A stretch of 64,000 nucleotides of DNA from Gammaproteobacteria bacterium. Its GTDB lineage: Bacteria; Pseudomonadota; Gammaproteobacteria; Eutrophobiales; Eutrophobiaceae. Position 1 is the stretch's first letter, and each line of letters starts with the position of its first letter. The notes below the pieces were generated by a model. It did not search any database, was not told where the DNA came from, and saw only the letters and a program-made list of their open reading frames with translations. Where the stretch lies: assembly GCA_965222155.1 (NCBI GenBank), contig CBDCTH010000004.1, positions 448,001-512,000 of the forward strand, written 5' to 3'. This document shows, piece by piece, positions 48,808-57,542 of this stretch. The translations under genes were made by a program, and so were the position numbers.

Positions 48808-49701
48808 TTATCTCCCCAGTTCCGACAGCAATGTATCTAACGAACGGGCGGATTGTCCAGGCGCCATCAGGTGGACGCCGGCTATGCCGTCTATCCGTTG
48901 CATGTCCTCGATCAATTCGATACAGATGCGCCTGCCCTCCTGTTTCGGGTCAGTGCTGTCTTCCAGGCGTTGTATCAGGGCGTCCGGGAAAGCCACGCCC
49001 CAGAGGTTGTCGCGCATCCACCTGGCGGACCGGGCAGAGGCCACGGGACCCAGGCCGATGAGTATCTTTACCCTGTCGAGCAGGCCCCGTTCACCCATTC
49101 CGGCGATATATGCCTCGATCAGGTCAATGTCGTAACACAACTGGGTTTGTATGAAGCGGGCCCCTGCGTCTATTTTGTTCGTGATGGCGGGGGGCGCCGC
49201 CTTGTCAGCGAAGCGCTGCGGCAGGTCTGCCGAGCCGATATGGAAATGTGGGGGAGGGTCAATCTCACGACCATTCGGTAACACGCCTTTGTCACACATA
49301 TCCCCGGCGAGGGCGATCAAGGCGGTGCTGTCAATATCGTGAACCGCTTTGGCCTCGGGTTGATCGCCTTTGGCGGGGTCGTCTCCCGTCAGCAACAACA
49401 GGTTGGAGACGCCGAATGCCGCGCAACCGATCAGGTCTGCGCATAACGCGATCCGGTTGCGGTCGCGGCAGGTCATTTGCAGCACCGGTTCCATACCATT
49501 GGCGGCAAGCAGGGAAGCCGCGGCAACACTCGACATGGTGGTCCGGGCTGCTGCGCCGTCGGTAACGTTAATTGCTTCAACCCTGCCGTTAAGTAAACCT
49601 GCCTGCTCCAGCAGGCTGTCGGCTGCGGCCGCCAACGGCGGCACCAGTTCCGCAGTGAAGCAGAATTTCCCTTCCTTGAGGGATTTTTCCAGTTGGTTCA
49701 A
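48808..49701 (-). CDS. Methylenetetrahydrofolate reductase family protein
   Basis: TAEL.PP, INVTD, Q.TCRDRN..AL, LTGD, K..AGA.FIQTQ, GVHLM. Confidence 0.88.
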   Translation of the reverse strand: MNQLEKSLKEGKFCFTAELVPPLAAAADSLLEQAGLLNGRVEAINVTDGAAARTTMSSVAAASLLAANGMEPVLQMTCRDRNRIALCADLIGCAAFGVSNLLLLTGDDPAKGDQPEAKAVHDIDSTALIALAGDMCDKGVLPNGREIDPPPHFHIGSADLPQRFADKAAPPAITNKIDAGARFIQTQLCYDIDLIEAYIAGMGERGLLDRVKILIGLGPVASARSARWMRDNLWGVAFPDALIQRLEDSTDPKQEGRRICIELIEDMQRIDGIAGVHLMAPGQSARSLDTLLSELGR

Positions 49702-49721
49702 TGTGTCCTCCTGTTTCTCTG

Positions 49722-50519
49722 TTATGGCTGCATCAATGTGCGGGTCAGTATTTCGTGGACGGCTTCCGGTTGTTCAGACAGCATCATATGGCCGCAATCC
49801 GGCAGGATCTCCGGTTGCACATCGGCCAGTGCGTCAAGGAGATCGGCTGCCAGCGCCGGCGGCGTCATCCTGTCTTCTTCAGCCAGGATCAGAGTTGTCG
49901 GCGCAGTAATATTTCGCGCCGCATCGATACCGTTGTAATATTCATTACAGGCCTTGAGGTCCGCATACAAAACGTTTTCCAGGGACCGTTCCAGCAAACG
50001 CATATTGCTGTTAAGTATATTAATCCCGGCGACCGGATTGCCGCCCAGTTGCGACGTATATGCATGGGAATACAACATGATCATATCAACCGCACTATGA
50101 TCATTTGCCCGCGCGGCATCAAGCAGGGGGTCAGCCACTGTCATGGGCGCTGCAGCGCCCAGTAACACGACGTTACTGATCTCTATCTGTGCCTGGGATG
50201 CGGCTTCCAGGGCCACCAACGCACCCATGCTATGGCCCACCAGCGCGGTCTTTTCAATTCCCAGGGTATCGATAAATTCAAGCAACCAGCGCGCACTTGC
50301 TTCAATGGATGGCAGCGGCCTGCCCCCCGAACGCCGGCGCCCCGGCAGGTCAACGGCGATGGAATTGAATTTGTGCCTGGCGAAGTAACGATTGAACAAG
50401 GTCCAGACCGTATGGTCCAGTCCGGCGCCATGCACGAAGACTATGCCCGGCAAACCGGGATCCAGGTCTTCCCTCCCGGTAGCGGCAAAAGCAATGTGAT
50501 TATCAATTATTATTTCCAT
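49722..50519 (-). CDS. Alpha/beta hydrolase
   Basis: FVHGA, GHSMG, CGH..L.E.P. Confidence 0.88.
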   Translation of the reverse strand: MEIIIDNHIAFAATGREDLDPGLPGIVFVHGAGLDHTVWTLFNRYFARHKFNSIAVDLPGRRRSGGRPLPSIEASARWLLEFIDTLGIEKTALVGHSMGALVALEAASQAQIEISNVVLLGAAAPMTVADPLLDAARANDHSAVDMIMLYSHAYTSQLGGNPVAGINILNSNMRLLERSLENVLYADLKACNEYYNGIDAARNITAPTTLILAEEDRMTPPALAADLLDALADVQPEILPDCGHMMLSEQPEAVHEILTRTLMQP

Positions 50520-50559
50520 CGGTCAGTATTCCCATATCGTCGTATCTGGCATAGTGTCG

Positions 50560-50795
50560 TACCGGGCATCCCCCCGTCGCCATACCGGGCTTGACCCCCC
50601 GTCGCCATACCGGGCATGACCCCCCGTCGCCATACCGGGCTTGACCCCCCGTCGCCATACCGGGCCTGACCCCCCCGTCGCCCCCCTGACCCCCCGTCGC
50701 CATACCGGGCCTGACCCCCCGTCGCCATACCGGGCAAAATGTCGCCATACCGGGCATACCCCCATCGTCATACCGGGCTTGTCCCGGTATCCAGT
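50560..50795. repeat. 25-bp tandem repeat (ccccccgtcgccataccgggc(t/a/c)tga), ~6 full plus partial copies, ending in a complete REP hairpin
   Basis: Direct reading; final gtcataccgggcttgtcccggtatccag at 50766-50793. Confidence 0.92.
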
Positions 50796-51002
50796 ATGAT
50801 ACTATGTCGCCCCTGGCTTACGACATGCCGGGGCAGGCTCCGGCGACTCATTGTTTCACTGGATTTCCGTCCTTTGGTCCGTTGACGGCACTACTCGGCA
50901 TCCGTCGGAATGACGATGGCAGGGGCATTCGCAGGCATGACGGCGGGAGCATGCGCCGAATGGCGGTGAGGGCGATAGCGGAAAACGGGTATGGATGCAT
51001 TT

Positions 51003-52295
51003 CTACTTCTGTGAGCGATACAATGCCCGGTCAAGATCGTTGATCAAATCTTCCGGGTCTTCCAGTCCGACGGACAACCTGACCAGGCCCTGAGTGATGC
51101 TGGCTTGTGTCAAGGCGTCGTCATCCATGCGGCTGTGGGTGGTTGAGGCCGGATGTATCACCAGGGATTTGGCGTCACCCACGTTTGCCAGATGGGAAAA
51201 AACCTTCAGGGACTCAATGAATTTTCGGCCTGCTTCACGCCCGCCCTTCAGTTCAAAACTGAATACCGACCCGCAACCTTTAGGCAACAGCTTTTTCGCC
51301 AGTTCGTAATCCTGGTGAGCCGGCAGTTCCGGGTAGGTGACATATTCGACGGCCTCGTTATTATCAAGACACTCCACGATTTTTCTCGTGTTGGCCACGT
51401 GTTTATCCATTCTCAGCGCGAGCGTCTCGACCCCCTGCAGGATATAAAAGGCATTACCGGGGCTCAGAGCGGCGCCGAAGTCTCGCAGCCCCTCGCGGCG
51501 CGCCCGGTGCAGGAAAGCGTCGGGACCGAAATCCTCGGCGAAATCGATGTTTAATATCCCTGCATAGGGTTCCGTAAGTGTCTTGAATTTGCCGGAGCCA
51601 TCCCAGTCGAAACGGCCGGAGTCCACGACGATGCCGCCGATGGCGACGCCGTGACCGCCGATAAACTTGGTGAGGGAATGGATGACGATATCCGCGCCGT
51701 GGTCGAAGGGTTTCAGCAGGTAAGGCGTGGTCAGTGTCGAGTCCAGCATTAACGGAATTTGCGCGTCGTGGGCTATCCCGGCAATGGTCTCAATATCGAG
51801 TACTTCACAGCGCGGATTGCCTATAGTTTCGGCATAAATCAGACGGGTTTCGGGCCGGATTGCCCGTTTGAACGCGTCAGGTTCCCGCGGGTCTACAAAG
51901 GTGGTATTGATGCCGAAACGGGGCAGGGTGTAGGTAAACAGGTTATGCGTGCCGCCGTACAGGGCATGGGATGACACGATATGGCTGCCGCCATCCATAA
52001 GCGTGCATATCGCCAGGTGGATCGCGGCCATGCCGCTTGCTGTCGCCACGGCGCCGGTGCCGCCTTCCAGTCCGGCAATGCGTTCTTCCAGTACCGCCAC
52101 GGTCGGGTTGGAGATACGCGAATACACATGTCCCGACCTGGCAAGGTCGAACATGGAAGATGCCTGATCCGTTTCTTTAAAGACAAAAGACGTGGTCTGG
52201 TAGATGGGAGCGGCGCGCGCCCCGGTTACCGGGTCGGGCCGTTGCCCGCCATGCAGGCTTATGGTATCAAAGCCTGGATATTTGAGTTTGGACAT
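51003..52295 (-). CDS. metY: O-acetylhomoserine aminocarboxypropyltransferase / sulfhydrylase
   Basis: PIYQTTSF, YSRI.NPT, HSLTKF.GGHG (PLP Lys), LANVGDAKSL.IHPASTTH. Confidence 0.93.
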   Translation of the reverse strand: MSKLKYPGFDTISLHGGQRPDPVTGARAAPIYQTTSFVFKETDQASSMFDLARSGHVYSRISNPTVAVLEERIAGLEGGTGAVATASGMAAIHLAICTLMDGGSHIVSSHALYGGTHNLFTYTLPRFGINTTFVDPREPDAFKRAIRPETRLIYAETIGNPRCEVLDIETIAGIAHDAQIPLMLDSTLTTPYLLKPFDHGADIVIHSLTKFIGGHGVAIGGIVVDSGRFDWDGSGKFKTLTEPYAGILNIDFAEDFGPDAFLHRARREGLRDFGAALSPGNAFYILQGVETLALRMDKHVANTRKIVECLDNNEAVEYVTYPELPAHQDYELAKKLLPKGCGSVFSFELKGGREAGRKFIESLKVFSHLANVGDAKSLVIHPASTTHSRMDDDALTQASITQGLVRLSVGLEDPEDLINDLDRALYRSQK

Positions 52296-52347
52296 GTTAT
52301 ATCCTTGCAACCTGTGATTATATTGAAGATTGATAAACAGAACAGAT

Positions 52348-52671
52348 ATGGCTGAAGAAGATATTATCACAACGACAATTCGCTGGCTTGAAGAAGGCCG
52401 CCAGGTCGCCCTGGCTACCGTGATTGAAACCTGGGGTTCGGCGCCGTGTCCCAGCGGCAGTCAACTGGTGGTGGACGCGCAAACCAACTTTATCGGCTCA
52501 GTTTCCGGTGGCTGTGTGGAAACTGCCGTCATCGGTGAGGCGCAGGAAGTCATAAAAACCGGACAGCCGCGTATGCTGGAATACGGCGTGACCAATGAGA
52601 TGGCCTGGGAGGTTGGGCTGGCCTGCGGCGGGCGGATCAAGGTGTACGTAGAACCCATAGTTCAGGCTTGA
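52348..52671 (+). CDS. XdhC/CoxI N-terminal domain protein
   Basis: ALATV..TWGSAP, GSVSGGCVE, AW.VGL.CGG.I. Confidence 0.9.
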   Translation: MAEEDIITTTIRWLEEGRQVALATVIETWGSAPCPSGSQLVVDAQTNFIGSVSGGCVETAVIGEAQEVIKTGQPRMLEYGVTNEMAWEVGLACGGRIKVYVEPIVQA

Positions 52672-52675
52672 CGGC

Positions 52676-53362
52676 ATGCGTACATCAGTACTGCAACAGA
52701 TCAATGCCTGTGGTTCGGCAAACAGGCCCTGCGTGTTGATCAGGAACCTGGATAGCCATGACAGTTTCGTGCTGGAACCCGGTCTGCACGTGGATGAAGG
52801 GGAGGCGGAACTGCACGAGCTTGCCATGCAGGCCCTGGCTGCAGACCAGTGTTTTCAGCGCAATCTCTACGGGCAGGATTATTTTATCCAGCCGTTCAAC
52901 ACTGCGCTGCGCCTGATCATCATCGGCGCCGTGCATGTAGGTCAATACCTTGCAAATTACGCGTTGTCCTGCGGCTATAACGTAATCGTGGTTGATCCCA
53001 GGCAGGCATTCGCCAGTGAGGCCCGCTTTCCCGGGGTGACGCTGAACAGGGACTGGCCCGATTTTGCCCTGGAGACGTTGGCGCCGGATACGCGCACCGC
53101 CCTGGTTACCCTGACCCATGATCCGAAGCTGGATGATCCGGCCCTGCAGGTGGTCCTGCGTTCCGATGCCTTTTATATCGGCGCATTGGGCAGCAGAAAG
53201 ACCCAGGCCGCCAGGGTCAAACGGTTGGAACAGGCCGGGTTCAGTGAGGCTGAGATTGCCCGCCTCAAGGCGCCGGTCGGTCTTGACATAGGCGCCCGCT
53301 CACCTGCCGAAATCGCTGTTTCCATCATGGCCGAGATCACGGCCACGTTGCGTAATTCCTGA
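52676..53362 (+). CDS. XdhC C-terminal (Rossmann) domain protein
   Basis: IGAVH, DPR, LTHDPKLDD, YIGALGSR, P.GLDIGA..P.EIA. Confidence 0.9.
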   Translation: MRTSVLQQINACGSANRPCVLIRNLDSHDSFVLEPGLHVDEGEAELHELAMQALAADQCFQRNLYGQDYFIQPFNTALRLIIIGAVHVGQYLANYALSCGYNVIVVDPRQAFASEARFPGVTLNRDWPDFALETLAPDTRTALVTLTHDPKLDDPALQVVLRSDAFYIGALGSRKTQAARVKRLEQAGFSEAEIARLKAPVGLDIGARSPAEIAVSIMAEITATLRNS

Positions 53363-53394
53363 GGGAAGTCCACGGGAAGTACGCCGTTGTCGGA

Positions 53395-53501
53395 AACAGG
53401 TCCGGGTGGGCTTTTTTGGACTATCATCCGCAGGGACAGCGGATGGTAAGCGTACAGGGATGTATTCACAGCGAGTCCAAAAAAGCCCACCCGGACCTGT
53501 T
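53395..53501. repeat. Palindromic element with 28-bp perfect arms and a conserved 51-nt core
   Basis: Core recurs inverted at 56521-56571 with different arms. Confidence 0.85.
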
Positions 53502-53576
53502 GTTGCAGGCTCCACCGGGAGCAGATTGGGACACCCACAGGCGCCCACCCAGACCTGTTTTCATATCTCCTTAGCC

Positions 53577-54917
53577 TTATACTTTATGTTTTCTGATCAG
53601 TCGGTTGGTATAAAACAGCAGCAGCAGGGCTGTTGCAAGACTGCCGGCGATGGCGGCGATGCCGGCGCCGACCAGGCCGATTTCCTCTAATAGCAGGACC
53701 AGGACCGATATGTGCAGGATGGTCGTGAATATCCTGACATTCATGGAGATATCGGGGCGGCCTATCGAATACAGGGCCGGGTCCAGGGCGAACGTGGTCA
53801 TCGTGACGGCTGCTCCGAACATGAGCAGGAGCAGAACATCATAGGCATGGATGAACTCTGCGCCGAAGAACAGGCTGAGCAGGGATTGCCCGAACAGGAA
53901 AATCAGCAGCAGGATTACGCCGGCGAGGGCTCCCGCAACCAGCACCGAGTGAGTGATGATCTTCCACAGACGCGGGTAATTCTTATTGACCGCGATTTTT
54001 GCCATTTCCGGGTAAACCGTTTCGTTAAATAATTGTGCGGGCTTAAGCAACACGGCCGAGGTTTCCTGGGCAATCTTGAAAAGACCGGCGCCAACCGGCC
54101 CCATCAGGAAACCGACGATAAGGGTCGCGATGTGTACGGTTGAAGTGTACAAGGTTCGATGGACATGCGAAGTTCCGATGAATGACAGGATTCCTTTATG
54201 AGGCCGGGTCAGGTGTCTGAGCTCGAGGTTCATACCTTTGCTGAAGCCCCTGTGCCCGAATTCGCGCCAGCCGAAATAAACGATGCCGAGACACTGAGCA
54301 GCGCCGGCGATAAACCAGAAGAACAGGAATGCGCTGATGTCCCGGTAAAACAAGTATGCGGCACAGGCGCCGATCAAGCGGATCGTCGGAACGACCATCA
54401 GCATCAGGGCTATCAGGTCGAAACGGTTAAACAGGCGCAGCAGGCCCTGGGGCGTTGCCTTGAAGTTGAACAGGATCATCAGGCAGTAAATGGTTGCCGC
54501 AGGAATTAGCTCCGGCGTTACGCCGAACCAGGGTCCGACTACGGAAACGGCGAGGATACCTGTCAGTGCGCCGACGCCACAAAAGCCGATGTCGAGCAGC
54601 ATGGTAAATTTGATCAGTTTCTGAAAATCCTCCCGGGCATTGCTCTCCAGGCAGATAGCGCCGTACCTGACTACGCACTGTGAGGTCTTCAGCGCGACAA
54701 AATCCCGGACTGCGACAGTGTATGCGTGGATGAGAATAAGTATGCCGAAATTGTGCGCACCCAGGGCGCGGGTGGCAAGTGCAAGGTAGATCAATCCGAC
54801 CAGCACGGTATACACCTTGCCCGCGGTCAGCATGGCGGAATTCCTGAAAACCCGGCGGAACAGGCCGTCAGCCGCTAATTGCTTAGCCCCGGAAAACACA
54901 GAGAATTTTAGCCACAC
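53577..54917 (-). CDS. Wzx/MOP-family flippase-like membrane protein
   Basis: R.LG...FG, G.LRLF.RFD, G....G.FKIA, ~12 TM; exact start uncertain because it overlaps a REP. Confidence 0.8.
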   Translation of the reverse strand: MWLKFSVFSGAKQLAADGLFRRVFRNSAMLTAGKVYTVLVGLIYLALATRALGAHNFGILILIHAYTVAVRDFVALKTSQCVVRYGAICLESNAREDFQKLIKFTMLLDIGFCGVGALTGILAVSVVGPWFGVTPELIPAATIYCLMILFNFKATPQGLLRLFNRFDLIALMLMVVPTIRLIGACAAYLFYRDISAFLFFWFIAGAAQCLGIVYFGWREFGHRGFSKGMNLELRHLTRPHKGILSFIGTSHVHRTLYTSTVHIATLIVGFLMGPVGAGLFKIAQETSAVLLKPAQLFNETVYPEMAKIAVNKNYPRLWKIITHSVLVAGALAGVILLLIFLFGQSLLSLFFGAEFIHAYDVLLLLMFGAAVTMTTFALDPALYSIGRPDISMNVRIFTTILHISVLVLLLEEIGLVGAGIAAIAGSLATALLLLFYTNRLIRKHKV

Positions 54918-55016
54918 AGGACACAGAGATCACAGAGTGTATCGAGAAGGCTGGCGGGTCTGTCTTTTTCTGTGTCCTCTGTGGCCGATTATAATAGCCC
55001 AAACCTGCCTCCATCA

Positions 55017-56198
55017 TCACACGGTTGCGGACAACGCGCTAAACGCCTGGCATATTTTTTCTATTTGTTCATCGGTATGGGCTGCGCTGACGCTGATGCG
55101 TACCAGTGATTTGCCTCCGGGTGTTGCCGGCGGGAAGATCAGGTTCACATAGACGCCGTGCTCGTACAGGCCGCGCCATAATGCCAGTGCCTGTTCGCGG
55201 GTATCCAGCAGCGCCGCGATCACCGGGCAGGGTTCAGGTCCCAGTTCATAACCCGCGTTTTGCAGGTGATTGTACAGGCGCCGGGCATGTCGCCAGAGCG
55301 TCGCACGCAGATCGGCGCCCATTTCCACCCGCTTCAGCGCCTCACGGGTGGATGCTATCACCGATGGGACGGGAGACGCCGTGAAAATATAAGGTCTGCT
55401 GGCATAGCGTATGAAGTCGAGTTGCGGGTGATTGCTGACACAGTAGCCGCCCGTGCTGGCCAGGCTTTTGCTGAAGGTGCCGACAATAAAATCTGCGTCA
55501 TTGATAACGCCGGCTTCTTCAACCAGTCCTCTCCCTTTTGCCCCCAGCACCCCCAGGGAATGTGCTTCATCAACCAGTAAAAGTGCGCCGTAGGTGTTTT
55601 TGACGTCAATTATTTCCCGAATCCGTGCCTTGTCCCCCAACATGCTGTATATACCCTCGATGATCACCAGGGCGTTCGCGGCGCGCTCCCCCAATCGTCT
55701 CAGTCGTTTATTCAGGTCGTCAGGATTGTTATGTCGAAAGCGGATGATTTCGGCTCCACTCAACTGGCAACCGTCATAAATACTGGCATGGCTGTCGGCG
55801 TCTATCACGATAGTATCTTCATTATTCGCCAGACCGGAGATCACGGCCAGGTTTGCCTGGTAGCCGGTGGTGAATACGATGGCCCGCGCGCATCCGTAGA
55901 ACGCGGCTATTTCTTTTTCCAGGGAGCGGTGCCCCGAGAAACTGCCATTAGCCATTCTTGAGCCGGTTGTCCCTGTGCCCTGTTCGTCAATTGCCGCATG
56001 GGCCGCATCCAGGCATTTTTCGTCGAAGGTGAGTCCCAGGTAATTGTTGGTGCCGGCCAGGATCGTCCTCTTGCCGTTTATGCGCGCCTCCGTCGGAGAG
56101 TAGATTTCTTCGATAGGCGCGCCGAAGGGATCAACTCCCTCTCCAAGCAGGGCGTTGCGGTCGTGCGCCAATGACTGGAATTTGGCAAACAGGCTCAT
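55017..56198 (-). CDS. spt: Serine palmitoyltransferase
   Basis: GTNNYLGL, GTTGSR.ANG, SHASIYDG, DEAHS, GTFSKS, RPYIFTAS; coupled to ACP. Confidence 0.88.
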   Translation of the reverse strand: MSLFAKFQSLAHDRNALLGEGVDPFGAPIEEIYSPTEARINGKRTILAGTNNYLGLTFDEKCLDAAHAAIDEQGTGTTGSRMANGSFSGHRSLEKEIAAFYGCARAIVFTTGYQANLAVISGLANNEDTIVIDADSHASIYDGCQLSGAEIIRFRHNNPDDLNKRLRRLGERAANALVIIEGIYSMLGDKARIREIIDVKNTYGALLLVDEAHSLGVLGAKGRGLVEEAGVINDADFIVGTFSKSLASTGGYCVSNHPQLDFIRYASRPYIFTASPVPSVIASTREALKRVEMGADLRATLWRHARRLYNHLQNAGYELGPEPCPVIAALLDTREQALALWRGLYEHGVYVNLIFPPATPGGKSLVRISVSAAHTDEQIEKICQAFSALSATV

Positions 56199-56446
56199 GC
56201 TGAATTGATCACGGAGTGGATTTTCCCGGCCAGGTCCTTAACGGTACGCACGTCCGCGAGCAGGTTTACCGGCATGCTTATATCGAATTCGTCTTCAATA
56301 TCCAGTAACAGGTCCAGGACCTTGAACGAATCCAGCCCCAGTTCCGTGACCAGGTCGGAAGCCTCATGCAGTTCAACGTCCGGCGCAGTGAGCCCGGATA
56401 GCTCAGTTATAACTTTTGTCAGTATTTCCTCATAAGTGGCCGGCAT
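56195..56446 (-). CDS. Acyl carrier protein
   Basis: LGLDS, IEDEFDI, TV.DL; ATGA overlap with spt. Confidence 0.9.
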   Translation of the reverse strand: MPATYEEILTKVITELSGLTAPDVELHEASDLVTELGLDSFKVLDLLLDIEDEFDISMPVNLLADVRTVKDLAGKIHSVINSA

Positions 56447-56495
56447 ATGCTGCTCTCCAAGTTCAGGACACGGTTTGGTACGTTCACCGGGGGGT

Positions 56496-56596
56496 GGGTT
56501 CATGTAAGCCTTTCAGGACTCGTTGTGAATACATCCATGTACGCTTACCATCCGCTATCCCTGCGGATGATAGTCCTGAAAGGCTTACATGAACCC
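56496..56596. repeat. Palindromic element with 25-bp perfect arms, same core as 53395-53501
   Basis: gggttcatgtaagcctttcaggact / agtcctgaaaggcttacatgaaccc. Confidence 0.85.
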
Positions 56597-56607
56597 TTGT
56601 TACGCTA

Positions 56608-57516
56608 TTATACAACCGAGTCAATGGTATCGGATAATCTTACTGTTGGCCGCCATCCCAGATGGTTCGTCAAGGGCGTATTATCGCATACCCAGTCCTC
56701 GTGGGTAATCTCATTGATTTTATTCGGGGTCAGCATGGCCGGATAACGAAAGACCCTGGCCAGCAGGAGATTAATGTGGCTGAAAGCCTTTAATAGTTGA
56801 ACAGGAACCTGGATGTGTGTTATCGGGCGCTTCCAGGTGTCTTGTCCGATCGCTATGAAATCTCCCCACCGGTACCCGCCGCTGGCGCCGTCGTCCAACT
56901 CGAACAGGCCGCCGGCTTCTTTTGCCGTTAACCATTTCAGGATGGCGTCTACCAGGTCATTAACGTGGATCAGGCTGATCCTGGCGTTGGGTGTTCCCGG
57001 CGTCAGCAAAAAACCATAACGCATCAGCCGCAACAGGGGCTGCATTTCCTTGTCTCCGGGGCCGTAAATTGCCGTCGGGCGGTAAATTGTCCGGGATAAT
57101 CCGCTATACCTGTCCGACATCAGCAGCGCTTCCGCCATCGATTTGCTGCGTGAATACCAGGAATAGTCCGGATATCTGGCGGCGACCGATGAAATTAACA
57201 GAAACCTGGGCGGGGGCTTTATTCTAAGGGTTGCAGCCAGCAGGTTTTCAGTTCCCTTGAGGTTGACTTCCAGGAAGTCTTCCAGTGAATTGCCCCTGAC
57301 CGTGCCGGCGCAATGTATGACGGAAGTGCATCCCTCGACCAGTTCATCCAGTGCGGGCTGGTTGTTCAGGTCGCCGTTAACCCAGGATACAAACCCGTGG
57401 TCGGTCTGGTAGCGGCGTGTCAATGCCCGGGTCGGATAGTCTGACTTGTCAAGTGCGGCGAGAAGATTCCTTCCAACAAAGCCTGTGGCTCCCGTCAGCG
57501 CCACTTGCTCCTTCAT
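56608..57516 (-). CDS. NAD-dependent epimerase/dehydratase-family reductase, candidate ceramide reductase (CerR-like)
   Basis: TGATGFVG, SS.AAR.P..S.Y..SK, RP.AIYGPGD.E; lies between acp and the acyl ligase. Confidence 0.78.
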   Translation of the reverse strand: MKEQVALTGATGFVGRNLLAALDKSDYPTRALTRRYQTDHGFVSWVNGDLNNQPALDELVEGCTSVIHCAGTVRGNSLEDFLEVNLKGTENLLAATLRIKPPPRFLLISSVAARYPDYSWYSRSKSMAEALLMSDRYSGLSRTIYRPTAIYGPGDKEMQPLLRLMRYGFLLTPGTPNARISLIHVNDLVDAILKWLTAKEAGGLFELDDGASGGYRWGDFIAIGQDTWKRPITHIQVPVQLLKAFSHINLLLARVFRYPAMLTPNKINEITHEDWVCDNTPLTNHLGWRPTVRLSDTIDSVV

Positions 57517-57542
57517 AACAGTTCTGATTTCTCAGATATGTC

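Noticed and set aside
50503-50771. Repetitive ORFs or CRISPR in the 25-bp array
   Set aside because: All three frames are open simply because the repeat lacks stops; no spacers
55017-56198. BioF or Kbl
   Set aside because: GTFSKS motif and coupling to ACP, acyl ligase and GNAT favour Spt; no bio genes nearby
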